Source: Oopsacas minuta (taxonomy: Eukaryota; Animalia; Porifera). Taken from it: a stretch of DNA of 64,000 bases. Under the pieces are notes generated by a model. That model searched no databases. It was not told the DNA's origin and was given only the letters and a program-made list of their open reading frames with translations. The stretch lies in the NCBI GenBank assembly GCA_024704765.1, contig JAKMXF010000325.1, positions 275,739 through 339,738 of the forward strand, read 5' to 3'. Shown here one piece after another: positions 36,500 through 47,842 of this stretch. The translations under genes were made by a program, and so were the position numbers. Positions within the stretch are counted from its first letter, which is position 1, and each line of letters starts with the position of its first letter.

Positions 36500-37273
36500 T
36501 CAGCATAGCATTACAGTGATAGACGGAAACTCCATAATCCTACGATAACGTAGATTATCCTTTATACTCATATCCATATCCAGCAGTACCATACCACCAG
36601 TTTGTGTTAACTTAGCTTGTAATGCATTGACGCCTCTCGCCTTTACAACTCTACTGTATACCTTAAAATATTCCTCTCCCTCGCATTTAGCAAGATACTC
36701 TAATACCAAATCTCTAAGCAGAGTTGTCTCCCTAACTCCAGATGGATAGAATTCCCCACACCTAGAGCCAGCGAATACTAGCCGTAGATACCAGTAGATT
36801 AGTCCCTGCTTTATGTTGTATTTTGTTTCGTTTTGTGTCCTAGAACTTATGCCTGGGGGTGCACGGTATAGAATAGTACCTCTTTTTATGAGTTCGGATT
36901 TCAGACGGCCGAGTAGAGAAAGTTTATGTTTAGAAACTTTCATATGAGATTTGACGTCACGGTCTGAACGGTCTACTATCCTTCCCACATCCTCTAGGAA
37001 GAAGTAATCCGAGTAGAAAGTATTCTCATTATACTCAGCCTGCGGAACCAGTTTACTCTTGTCCCGCTCTCCGCTACAATTTCTGTCTAACTTATGTTGC
37101 TTGACGCAAGACAAGCTGCAACTCCTGAGGGAGCAGGCAGGACACCTGTACTTCCATTCCTCAGCTACACACGTTTGACACAGCTTGCTATAGTCTAGAG
37201 GAGGCAGTGGTTGGAGAGGAGAAGATGGAATCTCACCAGGCTCAGGAAATGAACAGTTATCAGGTGAATTCAT
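36500..37273 (-). CDS. ZNHIT6: Box C/D snoRNA protein 1 (BCD1/ZNHIT6-like, zf-HIT), intronless, 257 aa
   Basis: CQTC...KYRCPACSLRSCSLSCVKQHK...CSGERDK, followed by SDYFFLEDVGR, LYRAPPGISSRTQNET and a C-terminal MEFPSI. Confidence 0.85.
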   Translation of the reverse strand: MNSPDNCSFPEPGEIPSSPLQPLPPLDYSKLCQTCVAEEWKYRCPACSLRSCSLSCVKQHKLDRNCSGERDKSKLVPQAEYNENTFYSDYFFLEDVGRIVDRSDRDVKSHMKVSKHKLSLLGRLKSELIKRGTILYRAPPGISSRTQNETKYNIKQGLIYWYLRLVFAGSRCGEFYPSGVRETTLLRDLVLEYLAKCEGEEYFKVYSRVVKARGVNALQAKLTQTGGMVLLDMDMSIKDNLRYRRIMEFPSITVMLC

Positions 37274-37755
37274 AACCGAAAGATACTAACGTCTAGATAT
37301 TATTACTCTATAAAAGCGGAATATACTAAGTATAGTCTATGGAATAAGTACAGAGATGCCAACTCTCACGGCTTACCCGTGAGTCTCAGGCTTTTTCAGA
37401 GGACCAAATGTTATTCTCATGGGATTTTATGATTCTTCAGTGTACATTTGATGCTGAAATGCTAAATCTCACTACTTTTGAGAGGAAACCTCACGGATTG
37501 GGCCTGAACCGTGGCTAATAATGTGATATTTACAAATAAAAAAAGGTGACAATTACGTCATAGGTGTGAATTTCCGTCCAAGACTAAAACCTGTCCGAAT
37601 CAGGCCAAAATACCTATGTATGTCAAAAATCAATCCTGGGGGTCTTCCAGTTTCTTCAGTCAATTCCGAAAATACAAACATAATTATATATATGCACGTA
37701 TATATATGCGTGAATTACGTAAGGGGAATTCCGTATCAAGTTATCCAGCCTTTTC

Positions 37756-38340
37756 ACTAACATCAATTTGCCAAAAGTTTGTGTTTTGAAAGCCCCAACC
37801 CAACCATTAGATATGTGTTAATTAAATATTTTCGTGAAGTTGTTATGGAATTATGAAGAGACAAAATATAAATTTTTTCAAAATTTTGAATTGAAGCCAT
37901 TTGTATAATATCTTACAAACTAGTCAATGTCAAACTTGTTAGCTCATGTCCGATTGAAATGAAATTCTTCATAAAGATAGATTAGAGCATGTAGAATCTC
38001 CCTTTCGCATAAAAAAATGCAATCATATTTATTGTGTTGCAAATAATTGGAAGTGAAACCGGAACTATTACATATCATTTGGGGAAAGTTTGGGAACATA
38101 ATTTTTAACGTGTTTTTACTTTGGTACTCGTGTTGTTACACAATATAGAGGTTCCCATATATTCCTTTCAAGTTACTTACATTTCCTTTGTGTAGCTCTT
38201 TTTACAATTTGTAAAAAATTCCAAATTTCCCAAATGGTTAAAAACCCTTTACCTGTTTTCTGATTATTTAATTCCAGAGAAAAGTTAATTTATTCTAATG
38301 TATATACTGATCACAATTAAAGATGAATCAAATACTTTAA
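37756..38340. repeat. Left arm of a ~590-bp inverted repeat (putative MULE TIR)
   Basis: Reverse complement of 43240-43847 with only scattered substitutions and one ~20-bp indel, judged by eye. Confidence 0.92.
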
Positions 38341-38970
38341 TAGTTTAATATAGCAAATTATAATTTGATATAACATGATTTTGAAATATTTGTAAATGTG
38401 TGAAAATATTCTTAACCGATCACTGCAGGAAAAATGTGTCATTTTATGACGTCAAAAAGGTGCAAATATCTCGATTTGGGTGCGGGAATAGCATAAAGCG
38501 AAGTGGTGAAGTTCTATTTTGTTACGAACGTAACACTTAGGCAGTATTCGCTTAATCAGTATTGTTTCAATGCATTTCACTAATCCTGACAAATTTGCTT
38601 GTCCGAACGAAATATTTACAATTGGAGTGCTTTACCGATTAGCGAGGGTGTACAGTAAATATTTATTCAGATTAAAGGTAACGAAGTAATATGCCTAATA
38701 GTGTATAAGTGAGTGTCTCGGATTATTAGTTAGTTCGTTAAGTAAATATAGTAGACCCTATCCTTCGTGTGACAGGGTTAGGTACGCCCATTAGCAGAAA
38801 GTGAAGGTACCTCAGGGCTAAGTCCTTTTCGTCAAGATTGCCCAATATATATGAGATGGATACAGTATAGAACAAATTAATAAATATCATGTCAATTAGC
38901 AGCAAATAGATAACATGGAAACAGCGAAGAGGCCAGCAAAATACAGGCAGATTGCTGAACAAGCATAAAA

Positions 38971-40533
38971 TCAAATAATCATAAATTTAACTACAACAAA
39001 CAGGAATACTCCAAAAAGTAAACAAATAACATATCTTAAGACAATGAATAACTTAGAATTCAGAAGAAGTTCCAATTTGGCTATTTTGAATTCTGGAAAG
39101 GGAAAACGAGAAGGGAATGTTGGCCTATCTGTGAGCTGTGGTTCCACAATACTAGCATTCATATGAGTGTTGTAGGAAATGTTTTGTGCAATGATATTCC
39201 AATTACGACAAAAGAGTATAGTCATAGAAGAAACAAAAGTGAGAGCATTGGATACACTTAAGATGAAAAACAGTACAAGTGCCTTAAGTGTGAAGTACCT
39301 TACAAATATGAAATCTGAAACTAATCCAAAAACACACAGAAAGAAGAACTTTAGGATAGTTTGAGTATGTTGCAACCCACAAGCATTCATGACTCCCTGA
39401 CCGAATATAATAGTGTCAGAAACGAGGATACAAACCGGTTGTATTAGCATATTGATATAGAGCTCTTTTAAGAACTTTTCATCTGTAGTGAATAAATTAC
39501 ATAATTGCCGGTAAAACAGCATTGCATTTATACAAATAAATAGTAAAACAGTTTCTCCAAATGCTATTCCAAATATTGCAGATTTCTTGGCTTTGGTGAC
39601 AGTATTCGCACCTAACAGCTGTCCAACACGGACTGTTAGAGCTCTAGAATAACCCATGGTAAATAGTGAATATAGATACCATACTGATATCATTATTGAG
39701 TATATTGCTAACTCACTTTCGTCATTGAAAATCCGAAGCAAAATGATCAATGCGATTATACGAGTAGATGCAGCACTTATCATTGTCTGTAAGGAAGCTG
39801 GGATAACAAATTTAGCAGTGTTATACCAACCACTAATCAAATCAATGCTCAACTCTACATGGGGCAGGTTTTGATGAAATAATTGAATATGTGTGAATAT
39901 TAGTAACGCAATAATATAAGTACTGATGACGTAAGCAGAAGCTGCACCTGCAATTCCTAAATTACAATGCATTATAAGAATGTACTGGAGAAAACCATTT
40001 GATATATTTCCGACCATAAGATATATTAATGGACTCCAAACAATATTTTGTGATTGAAGATAAGAAATGGATATCTTGTAATAAGCATAGGAAGGAAATC
40101 CAAAACAGAATATGGTGGTATATGATCCAGCGCCTATCGATAACTCCCAACTTTGAGTGAATAGGTACACAATTGAACCTATACTAACAAATAGTGAGAA
40201 TAAAGGGAAACAAAGAAGAATTGTTAAGATTAATACTCTGTAGTAATATAGTTTCATCAAGCTATGTTGACCTGCTCCGTACGCTTGAGAACATAAGATG
40301 GTTACACAAGCCGATAAACCTTCCGAAATTGAATAAGAAAAAATAGTTAATACTATCTGACCAATGAATAGAGCGCTTAATTCTGTAGAAACATCTTTAC
40401 CTGATACTCTCCCAATAAATATGTTACTCATTTTCATTTGTATGCCTTCGGTTAGACTAATAATGGAAGTGGGAAGTGCGAGGAGAGTAAGAAATTTTAT
40501 CTCCTCGAATGTCCATGCAATTTTAGCACACAT
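38971..40533 (-). CDS. MATE family (SLC47-like) multidrug/toxin extrusion transporter, intronless, 520 aa
   Basis: GLSACVTILCSQAYGAGQ, GIAGAASA, GYSRALTVRVGQLLGAN, QGVMNACGLQ, with more than 12 TM segments and an open frame. Confidence 0.92.
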   Translation of the reverse strand: MCAKIAWTFEEIKFLTLLALPTSIISLTEGIQMKMSNIFIGRVSGKDVSTELSALFIGQIVLTIFSYSISEGLSACVTILCSQAYGAGQHSLMKLYYYRVLILTILLCFPLFSLFVSIGSIVYLFTQSWELSIGAGSYTTIFCFGFPSYAYYKISISYLQSQNIVWSPLIYLMVGNISNGFLQYILIMHCNLGIAGAASAYVISTYIIALLIFTHIQLFHQNLPHVELSIDLISGWYNTAKFVIPASLQTMISAASTRIIALIILLRIFNDESELAIYSIMISVWYLYSLFTMGYSRALTVRVGQLLGANTVTKAKKSAIFGIAFGETVLLFICINAMLFYRQLCNLFTTDEKFLKELYINMLIQPVCILVSDTIIFGQGVMNACGLQHTQTILKFFFLCVFGLVSDFIFVRYFTLKALVLFFILSVSNALTFVSSMTILFCRNWNIIAQNISYNTHMNASIVEPQLTDRPTFPSRFPFPEFKIAKLELLLNSKLFIVLRYVICLLFGVFLFVVVKFMII

Positions 40534-40949
40534 TACTTTAATTTATGAATCTCTTTGAACTCACCTTGTATTTATTCAATCAACTAACGATTCAACCCAG
40601 GGTTTCTCAGTATGATCACACTCTAGTACAGATATTTTGTAACTAAAGAATAACATTCTAATCAGTGGCGTTGTGTGGCTTTGAAATCTGGAAGTGGCAC
40701 AAATTCAATCTAGTGTGGAACAAGTTCTGGATAAGGGTCTAGAGGCGGTGTAACAATCAGAAAAGGTCCAGGAGCAAAACCCATCGGAAGAAATAACGTT
40801 TGATTTGCAATTACAGAATCACAGAAAGTTGCCATTTTTCTGGTCCCTTGGAGACGAAAAAGAAATTAGAAGTCAATTCAAATTAAAAAACGTGTCCACT
40901 TCAATTGTTTATTTGACTGACTTCCCGTAAAGCTACAGAAAAATTTGTT

Positions 40950-43137
40950 ATTATTCGAAAGTATAGCGTTGGTGGATTACGAAAATGCCATCAGAATTGT
41001 AAAATATACCACTCTCATATTATAGAATTTCTTCCTCAAGATGGTTCAAAGAGATAAATTTAGAGATAGCATTCAGAGCTATTTTTACCATTTATCTCTA
41101 AAGCAATTTACAAATATCACTATAAATTCTGCAATGATTGATTCCAATTTATTTTGTATGAAAACTACCTCTTTGTGTCTGAAATATTACACAATCAGAA
41201 ACATATATTGCCTTGTATGATTCTTACTATTGTCGAAACACCTGAATGTACATACTTATATCACACATACTACTTATAATTTGGCATAGGGGAACCAGGA
41301 ACCAGTGCATAAACAGAAAATATTACATTTCTGTTTATGTATGCCCTGTACTTTATACAAGATACCTTATTTACGTATTTGTAAATATTTAAAGCAAACG
41401 GAACTATTAAATTATCGGATAAGAAATACATACGCCGATGTAGTGTACATCGATAACACCAGTTCACTCCATTCAAATTTGCCATAAGAAAAAGTGCAAG
41501 AACTATTAAAAATTACTTGAATTTTGTGTATTTCATATCTAGAATAACTAATGATTCATACAATTTATGTTTAACCTTTCACAAATAACTTTTCGTCCCA
41601 TAAATAATGGGTTTGGAATCTAGGAAATGTATAATCTAGTTAACCCAATTCTATATGGTTTAAATCGGTTTTATTTCTACTTCCTCACCAAGTAAACTAA
41701 TATTTTTAACTTCCTCTAATACTTGTATTTCTGCATTTACTGACAACTTTTGTAGACTAACTAATGGTGTATTATTCGATTTAATACTTTCAATGCCTTT
41801 GAAATTTTAATTCGGAAGGTTTAATATTGCTAAGTTTAGTCTTTTCCCTTTTGGACCATTCCTCCTTACAATTTTCTTCATTTTTAGTATTCTCATAAAT
41901 TTTTCGAAATGATTACAAAAGGGAGACATTTGCATGTAAGTTACAGCATTTAATTTTACAGTTGCTTCATCCTCATATTCATCAGGTATTTCATTACTAA
42001 TTTCTATCTCACACATAACACACATCTCTAATTCGGTAAATTTGTTCTCATAATCATTGGATCGTTTTCAAAACATAAAATATTCATGAAAATTCAAAAA
42101 TATAGTCAATTTCATACAAATTTTTAAAATTTAAGATTTAAAAACATAAAAAACATAAAAAACATGTAGAACTATTTTCTTGATCTTTTATCCATTTTAT
42201 ACTTATCGTAAACTGGGGCTACTTTGGCCCACTGGGTTTGCTTTAGCCCAAATATTGAAATTTGCTTACGTATCGAATAGATATTGTATTTGTATTCGAA
42301 ATTGTCCCCGATATTTCAAATTTGTTAAAAATTTGGCAAGTCATTTTCAAGTATAATACTGAATCAAACCTAGTGGGCCAAAGTAGCCCCAGTTTATGGT
42401 ATTGTCTATATTGTAACTGACCCTGTGCATTACATGAGCTGTACACAGATGTAGAACAGTAGTAACATTGAAATTTTCATTATTGGAGACAAACTCCAAA
42501 AGTTTTTCATTTCAAATTAAAATGTCAAATTGTCACAAGAAAATCCTCAAATTTTGTTAGAATCATTAAAGTGATTTTTAAATATTTTACTCACAGAATA
42601 ATTATCTATTAATCTTCCCATATTTCTGCGTTTGCTACAAGATAAATTACTACTATAAGCACCCGTACCATCTGTATGATGAGTTGAAAGAGATCCTTTA
42701 GAATACAACTTGGCCACTACACGATTATTCAAATAATTCTTGTCCTCAATATAAATACATACGGTCTACAGTTAGGGAATTTACACTCTGCTCTAGCCAG
42801 TACAGTTACTTTGTGTGGGCCGCCTCGATAATCAGTTTTGAGGCCCTCTTAATAGACTAAGCTGTCGGTACAGGTTGTAATTTTTATACTGTATTTTTTC
42901 CTCGCTTCGCTCGGATTTGAAACCCATATAATGTTCAATTTTTTTTGCAGTAATTATCAGTTGACTACACAATATTAATAGAAGGGAATACTGGAGGAGA
43001 TTTGATCGGTACAAATTCAAGAGTGTCAAATTCGGAATCAGAGTATTGAATTACCCCCTTGTGCTGTTTGGATCATTCTTCTACGATTATTCAAAGGTTA
43101 TATATTCGGGGAAATACATATCTTTTAAACTATCCAT
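40950..43137 (-). pseudogene. Heavily decayed Mutator-like (MULE) transposase
   Basis: ATG at 43137 lies ~100 bp inside the right arm. Fragments: AECKFPNC...STHH (C-x4-C...HH, WRKY/GCM1-like), VLHLCTAHVMH (MULE C-x2-H motif; the frame rejoins as SYNIDNKYKMDK after removing the MITE and one TA), and SPFCNHF. Many stops and frameshifts; the catalytic D region appears deleted. Confidence 0.55.
42206..42399. mobile_element. MITE, second copy of the 28134-28369 family (inverted, partly deleted), inserted in the MULE remnant
   Basis: TCGTAAACTGGGGCTACTTTGGCCCACT...AGTGGGCCAAAGTAGCCCCAGTTTATGG, with TA flanks. Confidence 0.88.
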
Positions 43138-43239
43138 GGTTAAATTGAAAAATATTTTATTCATAAATATTATAGAAATAATTAAAGCTACTGTTAAATA
43201 TAGATATTCAATGAATGCATAATATATACAGTACCTATT

Positions 43240-43847
43240 TTAAAGTATTTGATTCATCTTTAATTGTGATCAGTATATACATTAGAATAAATTAACTTTT
43301 CTCTGGAATTAAATAATCAGAAAACAGGTAAAGGGTTTTTAACCATTTGGGAAATTTGGAATTTTTTTTACAATTGTCAAAAGAGCTACACAAAGGAAAT
43401 GTAAGTAACTTGAAAGGAATATATGGGAACCTTTATATTGTGTAACAACACGAGTATCAAAGTAAAAACACGTTAAAAATTATGTTCCAAAACTTTCCCT
43501 GAATGATATGTAATAGTTCCGGTTTCATTTTACACCTCTGTTTCAGTTCAAATTATTTGCAACACAATAAATATGATTGCATTTTTTATGCGAAAGGGAG
43601 ATTCTACATGCTCTAATCTATCTTTATGAAGAATTTCATTTCAATCGGACATGAGCTAACAAGTTTGACATTGACTAGTTTGTAAGATATTATACAAATG
43701 GCTTCAATTCAAAATTTTGAAAAAATTTATATTTTGTCTCTTCATAATTCCATAACAACTTCACGAAAATATTTAATTAACACATATCTAAAGGTTGGGT
43801 TGGGGCTTTCGACACACAAACTTTTAGACAATTCGATTTATGTTAGT
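43240..43847. repeat. Right arm of the ~590-bp inverted repeat
   Basis: Reverse complement of 37756-38340. Confidence 0.92.
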
Positions 43848-44124
43848 CAATATGACAAATGACCTGACAAAAAGCTAGCTCATCATTGGATTATTACTTT
43901 ATCATGACTGTACAAAAATTCCAACTTTTCCAAATTTCGAAGATTTCATACTTAATACCCAAGGCACGAAGTGCTGAGATTACAAACCAAAAAGCGGCAT
44001 AGCATCTCCAGTGATACCACAGAAGGCCATTCAATGTAATTTAGATGGACATGGATAATACAATCTTAAAATTTTATCTACTTTGTTAATTCGTGGCACG
44101 AACACATAGATTAATTGCGTTTGA

Positions 44125-44710
44125 ATAGCCGCTTCGTTTGCTAGGTCGCTGCGCGATAGTTAGTGCCTTTGATCAGCTTAGGCATTCAATAGCTAAATTT
44201 CTTGATGGTTTGGGTCGCTACGCGACCGGGTATTATACTTGGCACTATGTGCCTCGAGGATAAGTTTTTGCGGAAAATATTATTATTTATTATCCATGAG
44301 CCATCCAAATCCAATTTAATGGCCTTCTGTGATAATACTGGAGCTGCTACGTGGCTTTTAGCATTTAGAAATTCAGAAATTTTGATGTTTTTGTAAAGTC
44401 ATGATAACGTAATAATCCCATGATGAGTTAGCTTTTATCACAATCATGACGTTAGGACATTTGTCACATTGAGGGGTACCTGTGATACAAATTCAACCAT
44501 CTATCATTTATATTGGCTGAGCAGTGGTTAATAATGTGATTTTCCGAAAATCCAAAAAGGTGACAATGACGTCATAATTTCGTTATACGTGAGAATTATC
44601 GGAGCCAGGCCCAAAATACCCCTGTATGCCAAAAATAATACCTGGGGGTTCTCCAGTTTCTTCAATCAATTCTGTACATACAAACATATAAATATACACA
44701 CAGATTAATT
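44125..44710 (-). mobile_element. Family A copy, near full length, reverse orientation
   Basis: Reverse complement of the 4890-5473 family, from GCCGCTTCGTTTGCTAGGTCGC to CCAGTTTCTTCAATCAATTC. Confidence 0.6.
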
Positions 44711-44805
44711 ACGATTTAATACTTTTTATGAATGAACCAATTTTCCCGTAATACATCATCAAATAATGAGATAATGACAATGAACCGCCCGCCCGCACGC
44801 ATTTT

Positions 44806-44846
44806 CAGGTGGATCTCAGGTGGATCTCAGGTGGATCTCAGGTGGA
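44806..44846. repeat. 11-bp tandem repeat (CAGGTGGATCT)x3.7
   Basis: Read directly from the sequence. Confidence 0.9.
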
Positions 44847-46147
44847 ACTGAAACAAGTTTCTCATTAACGGTCCCTAAATTATTTCTTGTCTCAAATACA
44901 ATGTTATGTATGTGGAAATGAACGTGGCGCAAGCGTACAAGGAATCATGTTTGATGAAATTACGATTAGGAGCGTGGAAATTGAGAATCTTTAACGATAA
45001 CACTAAATTACTGATTTACCCGTAGCAAAATTTGATTAAGAGAAGGAGCGCTATCCGAATAACCTGTATAACTCCCTTATGCAGTGCATTTCTGCGAGGC
45101 AGAAGCATATCACAAAATGATCGAACAAAACGGAATGTGGCCAGGTCTGTCTCATAGAGATAGAGTTGTACAGCCAGTACAGGTCAAGGCAAAAAAGTGG
45201 TCTGGCAACCAGAGCCATTTTGGGTAGGCATATGCCCACCCAGATTTGACTCCACTGTAATACAAAAAGTATAGGGCGGGTGGGCATGAGGTCATCTTTG
45301 CCCACCCTGACTCATGAGCCTAGTTGCGGCAATGCCCACTACTATATGGATTTTCTGTTATGATTACATTTTCAGTTTGAAATTTGAATCATAATCCACT
45401 CAGTTATAGGTCACTATGGTTTTTAGTGCAGCTCCTATATGTAGATGTCCTAATGGCATGGACGATGTGCGAAGTCCGTACCTCAGTCCTTGCGGCCTTG
45501 CAAAATCTAGCAGTCTGATTAACATGCAAATTGGTACACATATTACACATTTTGGGTCAGAGAGTTGTACCGTGGCTAGATAGTGGTAATCGCGACCGGG
45601 CATGTGGACTCAAATGTTGATACAGTAGATGCCGTTTATTACCATACCGCTTAATATCATAAAAAGTTCAAATCTAAAACCATTTTAGTTACGTCTACAT
45701 GTATTGCCATTTAGTACTGATCGCGTACAGAAGTACATACATACTATGTTTACGAATTGTATTCCTACATTATCCCGGAAATCGCACGAGAAGTAGGAAA
45801 TAAAGCGAGAAACTTCCCGGATAATGTCATAGAGCACACATGCACGAGAGGTATGATATTAAGTGGGATCCACTGTACTTCTTATTCAGTAACTAGAATG
45901 ACGCACCAATCATATTCTCACATTGAGCTACACTCTAAGTCTGTCGGCTGGACATTATTAGTGCAGCTCCTATAGGGAGATGCCATAATGGCATGGACGA
46001 TGTGCGATGTCCGTACGTCCGTCCAGGTATTGCAACTCAGGGTTATGTGTTTTTCTGGAAAGAACAAAAATACATAACCCTGAGCTGCACTACCAGTCTG
46101 TCGGCTAGCATTGTTAGATATTTCCCTATTGAAATAAATACCAAATA

Positions 46148-46479
46148 AAGTGCAACCTCTATAAGTGGGGTCTATATAAATGGTGAACACCTATAAGCGG
46201 GGAAATTTTCGTCCGCCTTCATTCATTTCCAAAGAAAAGAACCTCTATAAGAGGGGAGTGGGCATACTTTAGAGATAATTATGCCTCACACCATTGAAAT
46301 TTACCTCTATAAGTAGGGAATTCTAAGAAAAATTTTTCTTGAATAATCAATTTTTGTGCTCAATTGGAAGCAAACACATTTATCGCTTAGAGAACATTTA
46401 CATTAGAAAGTATAATTGGGGAATGGGGTTATCAGAAGATTCGCCGGCCCGGGTTCCCCCACTTATAGAGGTTCTACTG
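46148..46479. mobile_element. Tigger/pogo-like MITE
   Basis: AACCTCTATAAGTGGGG / CCCCACTTATAGAGGTTCTACTG-ta, with internal repeats of CCTCTATAAG. Confidence 0.7.
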
Positions 46480-46696
46480 TATTTCATCAATTGATAGTCT
46501 TAGCAATGACTAATATGGCTAATGTGATATCACATCAAATATCTTCAACTAATATAAAACGAATTATTTGAAAAATATCCCGAATCATGCAAATAAATAT
46601 TAGAGAACTGAGGTAATATTACACTATAGCAATATATGATGATAACTCTATAAATACGATCATAAAATAATTATTTGAATATATAAAGTTTATATA

Positions 46697-47842
46697 ATGT
46701 ATAACTTGAGTGAGAGTAATTTGATACAAAGAATATTAGCATGGATTGGATACAGTAGTTTGGTACTCAATATTTTGCTGAATCTAGTTTGGTTGATATA
46801 TTGCATAAGAGAATGCTGGAACAAAATCAAACAGTACAATAAATACAAACGAATTCCTCTTCTACATCCTATCAATAGAGATATACAGTATCTCTCTAAG
46901 AAGAAGATACTCTACAACGTGAAAACACATATTGTAAAGTTTTTTCTAGCAATAATAGGTTTAAGCCTTGAGATCGGTGGAATAGTTTGGATAGGGATAT
47001 GCTCTTTCGTTATTTCTATGGATCTAAATCCAAAATTCGATGCTATCATAGACACATTAGGAAATCAATATCCAAATTGTAGAATTCAATACATAATGAA
47101 AAAGATATACTTCCATCCATACTCCATTTTAATGTACAATTTTGAATTTGTGATTATATTCTCACAGTTCGTCTTATTATCCATATTGGCTCGTTATCTA
47201 GCAGCTAGATATCTGAATCACAGTTTTAAGAGAACTCTCATCAAATACATAATCTGGTTAAGTGTGCAGCTGCTTATTGTTTCTGTCTGTTCTACTCTCT
47301 ATACTTATATGATATCTTTTTTACTCTTCCCTTTACTTGCAGTAATCAATTGGTTTGTAGTGTTGAGAGATAGTCTGATTCTCACTAGAGTCCTCAAATC
47401 CAATTTGAGAGAACTCGAGTTTCATTGTAACAATAAGGTTCTGTATAGAGTACAAAAACAGGCTTATAAATTTTATCAATTCTTTCAGAAAACTCTTCTC
47501 TTCTCCTTGTTATTGATGATAGTGGTTATTGTACTATTTTTCTTGAGATTTGTTGTTGAAATGACAGTTGGATTATGTCTTCTAAACTTAATATATGGAT
47601 TTACTTATGAGTTTAGTATACAGGTCCCTTATTCAGTTGAATTTAATCTCAAAAACTACATCGGTATTTCTGATAGTTTTGTCACTCTTATTTACTCTCT
47701 TTCAGTTTGTCTTCCGATTTTCTGTTTGACACTCATGCAACTCATCCAAAGATTTATTACTAGATATCGGTATATACACGGTGTGCATAGATATAACTAT
47801 GATAATATACTTAAACAGCCTCTGTTACATGGACACAAATAG
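46697..47842 (+). CDS. Uncharacterised multi-pass (about 7 TM) membrane protein, intronless, 381 aa
   Basis: Long ATG-initiated ORF with about 7 hydrophobic helices separated by basic loops. No family motif recognised. Confidence 0.8.
   Translation: MYNLSESNLIQRILAWIGYSSLVLNILLNLVWLIYCIRECWNKIKQYNKYKRIPLLHPINRDIQYLSKKKILYNVKTHIVKFFLAIIGLSLEIGGIVWIGICSFVISMDLNPKFDAIIDTLGNQYPNCRIQYIMKKIYFHPYSILMYNFEFVIIFSQFVLLSILARYLAARYLNHSFKRTLIKYIIWLSVQLLIVSVCSTLYTYMISFLLFPLLAVINWFVVLRDSLILTRVLKSNLRELEFHCNNKVLYRVQKQAYKFYQFFQKTLLFSLLLMIVVIVLFFLRFVVEMTVGLCLLNLIYGFTYEFSIQVPYSVEFNLKNYIGISDSFVTLIYSLSVCLPIFCLTLMQLIQRFITRYRYIHGVHRYNYDNILKQPLLHGHK

Noticed and set aside
39179-40558. Short plus-strand ORFs over MATE, and similar ones over RPIA, RPL26, the sugar porter and mariner
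   Set aside because: They are antisense or alternative-frame shadows of real coding sequence.
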